Assembly (NCBI GenBank): GCA_041478555.1 | Contig: JBGOWI010000009.1 | Coordinates: 3,875 to 67,874 of the forward strand | Direction: 5' to 3' | Length of the DNA stretch: 64,000 nucleotides | From: Phycisphaerae bacterium | Lineage (GTDB): Bacteria > Planctomycetota > Phycisphaerae > Sedimentisphaerales > UBA12454 | In this document: piece after piece, positions 1 to 6,981 of the stretch | Layout of the letters: the number at the start of each line of letters is the position of its first letter | How positions within the stretch are numbered: the stretch's first letter is position 1 | Notes under the pieces: model-generated | What the model was told of the DNA's origin: nothing | The model's database searches: none | The model's input: only the letters and a program-made list of their open reading frames with translations | Position numbers and translations under genes: made by a program

Positions 1-190
1 CTTTGATTATCTCTTCTGCATCTCTTTTGGCCTGTTCCCTCTGCAGGGCGAGTCTTTTATTAAGACTGCTCTGTTTTAAACCCCCAAAGACTTTACCTGC
101 CAACAACGCCAGTATCACCCCACCTGCAGCACCTATAATCGCCGCTATTATGGTAATCGTATGGCCGGAAAGCTGTGCTAATGTAATCAT
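1..190 (-). CDS. rny: Ribonuclease Y, N-terminal fragment (gene runs off the window start)
   Basis: Hand translation of the minus strand from the ATG (complement of 188-190) gives MITLAQLSGHTITIIAAIIGAAGGVILALLAGKVFGGLKQSSLNKRLALQREQAKRDAEEIIK. A single N-terminal TM helix followed by a charged coiled-coil segment is typical of the RNase Y N-terminus. An AGGAAAGG RBS-like motif lies upstream on the minus strand. It is absent from the ORF track because it is truncated. Confidence 0.45.
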   Translation of the reverse strand, partial: MITLAQLSGHTITIIAAIIGAAGGVILALLAGKVFGGLKQSSLNKRLALQREQAKRDAEEIIK

Positions 191-348
191 TTTTTACGCC
201 TTTCCTGTACGTTGTCCTGTTCGTATATCAATTGGAAAAGACGGATAACGCAGGCAGGGCAGCACAAGCTACAAAAGAGATGACAAGAGCTGAAATCCTT
301 TTCAGAAAATTTGGGTTTTGAATCGCCTTATTTAACAGGTTTTTTGCC

Positions 349-439
349 CGTTGCGACGCGGTCGCACTTGTCGTGGCGCTCGTCGCGGCGGAGGCCGCTG
401 CCGCAGCAGGAGAGCCCGCCGCAACCCGACCGCGGCGAA
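349..439. repeat. GC-rich repeat element (core CGTTGCGACGCGGTCGCAC ... ACCGCGGCGAA) inside a GC-rich island of about 311-500
   Basis: Both ends recur, reverse-complemented and joined together, at 9657-9684 (TTCGCCGCGGT + GCGACCGCGTCGCAACG). It contains the palindrome GCGAC-CGC-GTCGC. The composition is much more GC-rich than the flanking AT-rich intergenic DNA. Confidence 0.6.
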
Positions 440-877
440 CGAACCCTCAAAGGCAATCGTTTCTTTTCGCCCCCGCGAAGGCAGGGGTCGCCGAAGTCTG
501 AAAATTGCTGAAAGTCAATTTTCACTGTCGTACGAACCACGGTTTCTGAAAAATAGATTTCTTTTTCTCTTATTCACTGATTTGCCTGGCCGGTTCGACT
601 TGAGAATTTTTCTCTATCGCCGAATCGGCCTGCTCTCAGTGCTTTTGTAACTTTAAAACTCATCAATAGGGCGTTTGCCCTTACCTTTGCGATTATCCGC
701 TGCAAACTGCACAGTCTGCAAATCGCTTGGCACCTTTATAATACGTTACTTGGCCGGACAAATCAAGCCAAAATATCCAGCAGTTATTTGATTTTGTGTT
801 ATGAAGATAACGGCTGTTTTTTTATGAGAGAAAAGGCGAGGCAAATGGTGGAAAACCGCGTTTTTGCGATAATTTCA

Positions 878-907
878 TTGACTTTTATGGCCTGAAAGTG
901 GTATACT
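878..907 (+). promoter_or_regulatory. Sigma70-like promoter candidate for the PEP-CTERM peptidase gene
   Basis: TTGACT (878-883), 18 nt spacer, TATACT (902-907), about 60 nt upstream of the ORF at 967. This is a consensus match only. Confidence 0.35.
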
Positions 908-966
908 TTACCTAACTTGACATTTTTGTTTGGATAGGTCCCCAAGGCAGTGAATTTGGGGGAGAA

Positions 967-2040
967 GTGAGAAGAAGATATGGTAAGGAGAGAAGTTTGG
1001 GAGTCGTATTAAGGAGAAAGGTTACTTTTTGTATCCTTTTTGCGGCTGTATTTGTAAGCATATCTGGCGCATCTCCAGTGCCTGTTACGCTTTACTCATT
1101 AAACAGTGGTGTATCAACGGGGCAGATGGCTGAAGGCTCAACCCGCCCGGCTGTCGGTGATTTAATCGTTGATGGTGATGTCCCCAGCTACTACTGGTAC
1201 TATGGTTGTTCGCCTACCAGCGGCGCAATGTTAGTCGGCTATTGGGACAGCAAGCCGGGTTATCAGAATCTGTTTGCTAGCGACGCCTCGATGGAAAATG
1301 CCGCGACACGTGCTATGATTGCCAGCCAGGCGCATATTACCGCTGGAGCTGAACACGGTTATACCTATGGCGACTGGCACAATAGTCCTTCGTATCCAGA
1401 CCATGAAAACAATCCGGATTGTATAGCGGACTTTATGCATACCGTTAACATGGAGAGCCGTCAGGCCGATATCGCATCCGGTCTTAAAGCGTATGTTGAG
1501 TGGGACAATCCTGCTACTGCTGTCAATGAAAGTTACGAGGCGACAGCGGCCAATATTGACGACCCTTTCTTTGGAGGTTCATTTGCATATTCAAGCCTCA
1601 AGGCTGAAATCAACGCCGACAGACCGGTGCTGCTGGATGTATATACATATCATATCTCGCAGTGGTACGGTCATTCGATTGTCTGTTTCGGTTATCAGGA
1701 TTCTATGTTTACTGTGTATCCTGCCGGTGGTTCGAGCAATATAGTTGTGCCCGGCATTGCGGTTGAAGACACGTGGCAAAACGGTACAGGTATGAGCGAA
1801 TGGCTTATGGATACCAATGGAGACAATACTCCGGATTCGTATTATAACTCTTATATAGACCCCTCCGGCATCGAATGGTGGCCGTATTATACTTTTTCTG
1901 ATACGGCTGGTTTCACCTATACGTCCTATTGGGACTGGGCCTTTGGCGATGCGGTAACGCTTGATATAGCGGTTCCTGAACCAGCAACAATTCTGTTATT
2001 CTTTCTCGGCTCATTTACCCTGTTAAGAAAACGCCGATAA
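967..2040 (+). CDS. Secreted papain/C39-like cysteine peptidase domain protein with C-terminal PEP-CTERM sorting signal
   Basis: 357-aa ORF. Signal-like hydrophobic segment VTFCILFAAVFVSISGA. Cys and His motifs YYGCSPTSGAMLVGYWD and YGHSIVCFGYQD resemble Peptidase_C39_2-type folds. The C-terminus VPEPATILLFFLGSFTLLRKRR is a textbook PEP-CTERM motif plus TM plus basic tail. The start (GTG 967) is uncertain. Confidence 0.75.
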   Translation: MRRRYGKERSLGVVLRRKVTFCILFAAVFVSISGASPVPVTLYSLNSGVSTGQMAEGSTRPAVGDLIVDGDVPSYYWYYGCSPTSGAMLVGYWDSKPGYQNLFASDASMENAATRAMIASQAHITAGAEHGYTYGDWHNSPSYPDHENNPDCIADFMHTVNMESRQADIASGLKAYVEWDNPATAVNESYEATAANIDDPFFGGSFAYSSLKAEINADRPVLLDVYTYHISQWYGHSIVCFGYQDSMFTVYPAGGSSNIVVPGIAVEDTWQNGTGMSEWLMDTNGDNTPDSYYNSYIDPSGIEWWPYYTFSDTAGFTYTSYWDWAFGDAVTLDIAVPEPATILLFFLGSFTLLRKRR

Positions 2041-2043
2041 TTT

Positions 2044-2080
2044 CTCACCTGTTCTCCTGCTCAACTGTTCACCTGTTCTC
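2044..2080. repeat. Low-complexity direct repeats (TCACCTGTTCTC x2 around CAACTGTTCAC)
   Basis: CTCACCTGTTCTCCTGCTCAACTGTTCACCTGTTCTC. It is related in word content (CTGTTCAC / CTGTAAAC) to the repeats flanking the four-helix-bundle remnant at 16941-17180. Confidence 0.4.
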
Positions 2081-2263
2081 ATTCTGCCGGGCTGGTTTTG
2101 GTATTTACAAAGTAGATAAGGTTTTAATCGGGCTAACGTTCGTTAAAGTCGTTAAAGTTTGCGCAGATTAACAAATCGGTCGCTGGTATTTAGTTTTTTT
2201 GGGGTTTTTAAAGCCGCAAAGATACTTTGACAAAAAGATTAAAATTGTAGAAAATATACCAAT

Positions 2264-2659
2264 ATGGAAATAAAGAAGAAAATTAAATACTGGATGGATA
2301 CCGCTCATTATGATTTGGTCAGCGCAAAAGCAATGCTGGACAAAAAAAGATTTCTGTATGTTGGCTTTCTGTGCCATCAGGTAGCGGAAAAAACGCTCAA
2401 GGCGTATTTCTGGCACAGTCAGAGAAAGGAACCTCCTTATATTCATAACCTGCTTGTTCTTTCAGAAAAGAGCGGTTTTGACAAAAAAGCCGGTGAGAAT
2501 CATCTTTTACTTTTCAATGAGCTTATGCCGCTTAATATCCAGGCTCGTTATCCGGAAGATAAGGAGCTTTTGCTCAAATCACTCAGTAGTAAAAAATGCA
2601 CAGAGATTTATAAAAAAACAAGAGAGTTTTACGCGTGGATAAAAAAGTTATTGAAATAG
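2264..2659 (+). CDS. HEPN domain protein
   Basis: 131 aa. The N-terminal helix pattern KYWMDTAHYDLVSAKAMLDKKRFLYVGFLCHQVAEKTLKAYF and the C-terminal QARYPED motif are typical of PF05168-type HEPN proteins that pair with minimal nucleotidyltransferases. It overlaps the next gene by 25 nt. Confidence 0.8.
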   Translation: MEIKKKIKYWMDTAHYDLVSAKAMLDKKRFLYVGFLCHQVAEKTLKAYFWHSQRKEPPYIHNLLVLSEKSGFDKKAGENHLLLFNELMPLNIQARYPEDKELLLKSLSSKKCTEIYKKTREFYAWIKKLLK

Positions 2660-2940
2660 CCCGGCTTTATGCCAAAGAGGTCAGAAATTATCTGGCGGTC
2701 GATATGATTATCCTTTACGGCTCGCACGTCAGGGGCACTGCCACAAAATCAAGCGACATCGATATTGCCGTAGTAATAGATAAGCTCAGCGGAGACTATC
2801 TGAAAGTAAGTACGGATTTATTCGGGCTTGTTCGCAGTGTAGATAAACGGATAGAGCCTGTTTTGCTGTGTCGCTCAAATGACAGGAGTGGATTTCTCGA
2901 AAGCGTTATCGGGCACGGCAAAATAATTTATAAAGCCTAA
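2635..2940 (+). CDS. Minimal nucleotidyltransferase (MNT) domain protein
   Basis: 101 aa. The ILYGSHVRGTATKSSDIDIAVV motif (G-S-x(n)-D-x-D) is the polymerase-beta-type nucleotidyltransferase signature. GTG start overlaps the HEPN gene. Confidence 0.8.
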   Translation: MDKKVIEIARLYAKEVRNYLAVDMIILYGSHVRGTATKSSDIDIAVVIDKLSGDYLKVSTDLFGLVRSVDKRIEPVLLCRSNDRSGFLESVIGHGKIIYKA

Positions 2941-3005
2941 TAAAGGCAGCCTCTAAAAAATAGCATCCATATTAATATTATTTTAAATTGGGAAAGAGGT
3001 ATATT

Positions 3006-4229
3006 ATGGTAAAGCAATTTATCGCCGGCAGTTGCTATTCGTATATTCTAATCTCAAATAATGAAGCGCTAATTATCGACCCCCATATAAGTTTAGTAGA
3101 AGAATATAGAAAATATCTAACGAAAAATAAATTTACAGCAAAGTTCATAGTCGATACACATACGCATGCCGACCATTTTTCCGCTGCTGCGGTGTTAAAG
3201 AAACAGCTTAAAGCCCCGGTTCTGATGCACGAAAAAGCCATATCCGGCGTCGCAGACAAGCGGCTTAAAGATAATGACCGGATAGACGCAGGCACAAGCG
3301 GCATTAAGGTCATATATTCGCCGGGCCATACGGACGATGCTATAAGCTTATACGGAGAAGGCAGATTGTTTTCAGCCGATGTGCTCTTAATCGGCAGCGT
3401 CGGCAGAACAGATTTTCAAAATGGTTCGCCTGAATCGATGTTCGATACCCTGCAAAAATTAAAACGTCTGCCTGATGATACTATATTGTGCCCGGGACAC
3501 GATTATCACAGTCAGCGTTCATCAGCCATAGGCAGAGAGAAGAAAAATAATCCCTTCCTGAAGGAAGAAAATAAAGAAAATTTCGTGAAGAATATGCGGT
3601 CGAAAGTTATTCCCAAGCCCTTTAATATAGATAATATTATTCGGGTAAACCAGAAAGGCGAGGCAACATCGATAGAGATGATTTCGCCGTCCGATGCGGC
3701 ATCGGTTTTAAAACAAGACCAGCAAACGAAGATTCTGGATGTGCGCTCCGCTCTGGAGTTTAGTCAAATGCATATAGAAAATTCCATTAATATCCCCATA
3801 GATATGATTTCGGCAAAAATAGGCGAATTGAGTCGCTCGAAACAAAACTATCTGGTTCTCTGTCACAGCGGAACACGCGCCGCTATGGCGGCGGATATGC
3901 TGATGCAATCCGGGATTCATACGGCAAAGGTAATCCAGGGCGGCATCGCACGCTGGCAAAAAGAAAAACTGTCGGTTATTAAAGGCCAGGGCGGAATATC
4001 GCTGGAACGTCAGGTCCGGCTTGCGGCAGGGAGTCTTGTGCTTGCCGGAATAATAATGGGCTGGCTGCTGCACTGGACTTTTATATTTGTTTCGGTTTTT
4101 GTCGGCAGCGGTCTTGTTTTTTCAGGACTTTCCGATAGTTGCCTTATGGGAATGCTGCTGATGAAACTGCCGTATAATAAAAAACTTTATAAAAGCAAAT
4201 TGGGCGGAGGAACGTGCTCCATTAGTTAA
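3006..4229 (+). CDS. MBL-fold hydrolase (persulfide dioxygenase-like) fused to a rhodanese domain and a DUF2892-like membrane tail
   Basis: HTHADH metal motif and GHTDD. Rhodanese active-site loop LVLCHSGTRAAMAA. Hydrophobic C-terminal segment LAAGSLVLAGIIMGWLLHWTFIFVSVFVGSGLVFSGLSDSC (YgaP-like). ATG at 3006 is preceded by GGGAAAGAGG. The ORF track start (2988) is a TTG further upstream. Confidence 0.8.
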   Translation: MVKQFIAGSCYSYILISNNEALIIDPHISLVEEYRKYLTKNKFTAKFIVDTHTHADHFSAAAVLKKQLKAPVLMHEKAISGVADKRLKDNDRIDAGTSGIKVIYSPGHTDDAISLYGEGRLFSADVLLIGSVGRTDFQNGSPESMFDTLQKLKRLPDDTILCPGHDYHSQRSSAIGREKKNNPFLKEENKENFVKNMRSKVIPKPFNIDNIIRVNQKGEATSIEMISPSDAASVLKQDQQTKILDVRSALEFSQMHIENSINIPIDMISAKIGELSRSKQNYLVLCHSGTRAAMAADMLMQSGIHTAKVIQGGIARWQKEKLSVIKGQGGISLERQVRLAAGSLVLAGIIMGWLLHWTFIFVSVFVGSGLVFSGLSDSCLMGMLLMKLPYNKKLYKSKLGGGTCSIS

Positions 4230-4252
4230 AAACCGTACTTCTCAATTTTCCC

Positions 4253-4301
4253 TGCCCCGTGAGATGTTTACCCCGTGGGATGTGAAACTATCTCATCGGG
4301 G
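4253..4301 (+). repeat. REP-like bulged hairpin, copy 1 (left arm duplicated)
   Basis: TGCCCCGTGAGATGtttaCCCCGTGGGATGtgaaactATCTCATCGGGG. Same family as 4344-4377 and, reverse-complemented, 10654-10690. Confidence 0.7.
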
Positions 4302-4343
4302 TTAATCCGTGTCTAAAAAAATCTCTGTGTTCTCGGTGAACCT

Positions 4344-4377
4344 TGCCCCGTGAGATGCCGCTGCTATCTCATCGGGG
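4344..4377 (+). repeat. REP-like bulged hairpin, copy 2
   Basis: TGCCCCGTGAGATGccgctgctATCTCATCGGGG. The stems CCCCG/CGGGG and TGAGAT/ATCTCA are separated by one conserved bulged T in the 3' arm. Confidence 0.7.
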
Positions 4378-4664
4378 TCTGTGGCCAAAAATATACTTTT
4401 TATATCCTCTGTGGCTTCAATCTTTTTCAAAATGCGCATAAAAAAACATGCGCGTTTTGGAAAAAATAAAAAATTTTTCTCCATATCTGACAAGCACTTA
4501 CAAGATCGGGGTGATAAATTTTTGCTCAAAATTCGTCAAAAACGCGCAAGTTTTTGGGTAATACGGCAGGACTATATGTCCTCCAGGATACAAAAAAAAG
4601 AACCGCGGATTTCACTGATTTCGCTGATTTCAATTTTATCAAATCCGTTTAATCCGTGTAATCG

Positions 4665-5405
4665 GTGGTTAAAATTGTGCCAAAGACTTATTTACATATC
4701 CCTGTTCCTGACTCTATTGTACGCCTCGGCGTTGCCATTGTGCTGCGCCACAGGAAAAAACACTACGGCTGCGCATTCAGGCGCATTAAACTTACAAAAG
4801 GCCGATATGCCATTGTTGACCCTGAAGATTATCAGAAATTATCACAAGATGATTGGCAGCTTTTTGAGACTGAAAATAAGAAGTGTTACGCTGCCAGAAT
4901 CGAGGGAATAAAAATCGAATATATGCATAGGCAGATTATGAACGCCCCTAAAGGCTCTATCGTTGACCATAGAGACCACGAAGGGCTTAATAACACCAGG
5001 GATAATTTGCGATTCGCGACGCGTTCTCAAAACAGCTGTAATAGAAAGCGATTAAATTATGGCAGCTCGAAATACAGGGGCGTCTGCCGGGGAAATGAAT
5101 GCAATAAATGGCGAGCATATATTAGTTTTAACGGGCAGCGAAAATATTTAGGTTATTTCGAAAATGAGGAGGATGCCGCAAAAGCGTATGACGAAGCAGC
5201 GAAAATATACCACGGCGAGTTTGCTGTCTTGAATTTTGAATCCACAGAGCCTGGAGCGACAGCGACAGGAGAATTTAAAAGCGATAGCGCAGGGAGCAAA
5301 CAAAACCTCGGAAGCAGAATCAAATTACGCCTACTTGACGGTGCAATTCTGTGTTGTATAATTTTACTCTTATGTATTTTTGCGGGAAAACAAGCGGAGA
5401 CTGAT
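4665..5405 (+). CDS. HNH endonuclease + AP2 DNA-binding domain ORF (no stop codon of its own; reads in frame into the ABC ATPase gene)
   Basis: KGRYAIVDPEDYQKLSQDDWQL..., then the HNH_3-like region YMHRQIMNAPKGSIVDHRDHEGLNNTRDNLRFATRSQN, then the AP2-like region SKYRGVCRGNECNKWRAYISFNGQRKYLGYFENEEDAAKAYDEAAKIYHGEFAVLNF. The ORF track shows one uninterrupted frame 4665..6125. The start codon is uncertain. Confidence 0.7.
5335..5362 (+). promoter_or_regulatory. Sigma70-like promoter candidate for the ABC operon, inside the tail of the HNH/AP2 reading frame
   Basis: TTGACG (5335-5340), 16 nt spacer, TATAAT (5357-5362), 44 nt upstream of ATG 5406. Confidence 0.4.
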
Positions 5406-6125
5406 ATGATAAAAATAAATGAGTTGCGAAAGAGGTTCGGGCCGATTGTCGCTGTTGACGGCGTGTCATTCGAAGTAGAAAAAGGACAAGTACTCGGATT
5501 CCTCGGACCCAACGGGGCAGGCAAGAGCACCGTTATGAGAATGCTGGCGTGCTTCCTGCGGCCTGACAGCGGGACGGCACAAATCTGCGGATTCGATATT
5601 CTCAAAAATCCTGTTCAGGTCAGGCAAAATATAGGATACTTAGCTGAGAATGTGCCGGCCTACAACGAAATGACCGTAGGAGCATTTTTAGACTTTATCT
5701 GCGATGCAAGGGGACTTGACAGCAAAAAACGAAAAGAGTCGCTCGATAAAATCGTCTCAATGTGCCATATCGAATCGGTATTTCATCAGACAATAGAAAC
5801 GCTGTCCAAAGGCTACAAAAGAAGAGTCGGACTTGCTCAGGCACTTATACACGACCCGCCGGTGCTTATTCTCGATGAGCCGACAGATGGACTTGACCCG
5901 AACCAAAAACACGAAGTGCGCCAACTCATCAGCAAAATGGCAAAGGATAAATGCATCGTTGTATCCACACATATACTCGAAGAAGTCGAAGCGGTATGCA
6001 GCAGGGCAATAGTAATCGCACGCGGGAAAATTCTCGTGGATTCAACGCCCCAGGGGCTTAAAACCGAGTATAACTGCACGCTCGATGAGGTGTTCAGGAA
6101 AATAACTACAAGCAAAGTAGCGTAG
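5406..6125 (+). CDS. ABC transporter ATP-binding protein (ABC-2/GldA-like)
   Basis: MIKINELRKRFGPIVAVDGVSFEVEKGQVLGFLGPNGAGKST (Walker A), LSKGYKRRVGLAQAL (signature), LILDEPTDGLD (Walker B). The internal ATG at 5406 gives the canonical N-terminus. Confidence 0.9.
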   Translation: MIKINELRKRFGPIVAVDGVSFEVEKGQVLGFLGPNGAGKSTVMRMLACFLRPDSGTAQICGFDILKNPVQVRQNIGYLAENVPAYNEMTVGAFLDFICDARGLDSKKRKESLDKIVSMCHIESVFHQTIETLSKGYKRRVGLAQALIHDPPVLILDEPTDGLDPNQKHEVRQLISKMAKDKCIVVSTHILEEVEAVCSRAIVIARGKILVDSTPQGLKTEYNCTLDEVFRKITTSKVA

Positions 6126-6130
6126 AAGGG

Positions 6131-6205
6131 AAAAATCCGAAATCCGAACCCCGCCTTGGCGGGACAGGTATCGAAATCCGAAACAAATTCAAAATGCAAA
6201 AACCT
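6131..6205. repeat. Intergenic low-complexity repeat (AAATCCGAAATCCGAA ... CGAAATCCGAAAC) with a small CCCCGCC-ttg-GCGGG hairpin
   Basis: The word GAAATCCGAAAC recurs reverse-complemented at 26621-26646 (GAATTTCGTGTTTCGGATTTC). It sits between the ATPase and permease genes of one operon. Confidence 0.5.
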
Positions 6206-6248
6206 AAATTTTTAAAACGAATATCATAAAATAAAAGGGAAAAAGAAA

Positions 6249-6980
6249 ATGAAGGGTTTTTGGGCTGTTTTTAAAAGAGAGTTTAAATCGTACTTTACTA
6301 CGCCGCTGGCGTATGTGTTTCTTGTGGTGTTCCTGTTCTTCTCGGGGTATCTGACATTTAAGCAGGGATTCTTCGAGGCGAGGCAGGCGGATATGACGGC
6401 GTTCTTTGTGAATATGCCGCTGCTGTTTGTGTTCCTTGTGCCGGCGGCGGCGATGAGGCTCTGGGCTGAAGAGCGAAAAACAGGCTCAATCGAACTGTTG
6501 TTTACGCTGCCGATTACTGTAAAACAAGCGGTGCTGGGGAAATTTTTCGCTGCGTGGGTGTTTATCATCGTCGCAATGGCCCTGACATTTCCAATGGCAA
6601 TAACGGTCTGCTACTTAGGCAGGCCGGATGCGGGACTGATACTGGCAGGGTATCTGGCGAGCATTCTTATGGCAGGGGGGTTTCTTGCGGTCGGATGCTT
6701 CTTTTCGGCGATAAGCAATAATCAGGTTATCAGTTTTGTGCTGTCGGTCGTTGCGTGCGCGATACTTGTCTTTGCAGGGATGCCGACAACGATGAGCTAT
6801 CTGTCAACGTTTCTGCCGGCAGGACTTGTTGAGAGTATAAGCACGATGAGCTTTCAGGGACATTTCGAGTCGATGCAGAAAGGCGTGCTCGAACTGGCGG
6901 ATGTAACTTATTTTGTCATTCTTATTGCAGGATGGATTGCAGCGTGCGGAATAGTTCTTGATGAAAGGAAGGCAGGCTGA
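6249..6980 (+). CDS. ABC-2 type transporter permease (GldF-like)
   Basis: 243 aa with six predicted hydrophobic helices. The N-terminus MKGFWAVFKREFKSYFTTPLAYVFLVVF is typical of ABC-2/GldF permeases. Operon context supports the call. Confidence 0.85.
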   Translation: MKGFWAVFKREFKSYFTTPLAYVFLVVFLFFSGYLTFKQGFFEARQADMTAFFVNMPLLFVFLVPAAAMRLWAEERKTGSIELLFTLPITVKQAVLGKFFAAWVFIIVAMALTFPMAITVCYLGRPDAGLILAGYLASILMAGGFLAVGCFFSAISNNQVISFVLSVVACAILVFAGMPTTMSYLSTFLPAGLVESISTMSFQGHFESMQKGVLELADVTYFVILIAGWIAACGIVLDERKAG

Positions 6981-6981
6981 T

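Noticed and set aside
311-650. Overlapping 66-99-aa ORFs on both strands (Arg/Pro/Gly-rich)
   Set aside because: They are produced by the stop-poor GC-rich repeat island, have no RBS or motif, and overlap one another in multiple frames. I treated the region as a repeat instead.
4381-4911. 176-aa plus-strand ORF upstream of and overlapping the HNH/AP2 ORF
   Set aside because: It runs through REP and low-complexity intergenic repeats and is out of frame with the well-supported HNH/AP2 region. No motif was found.
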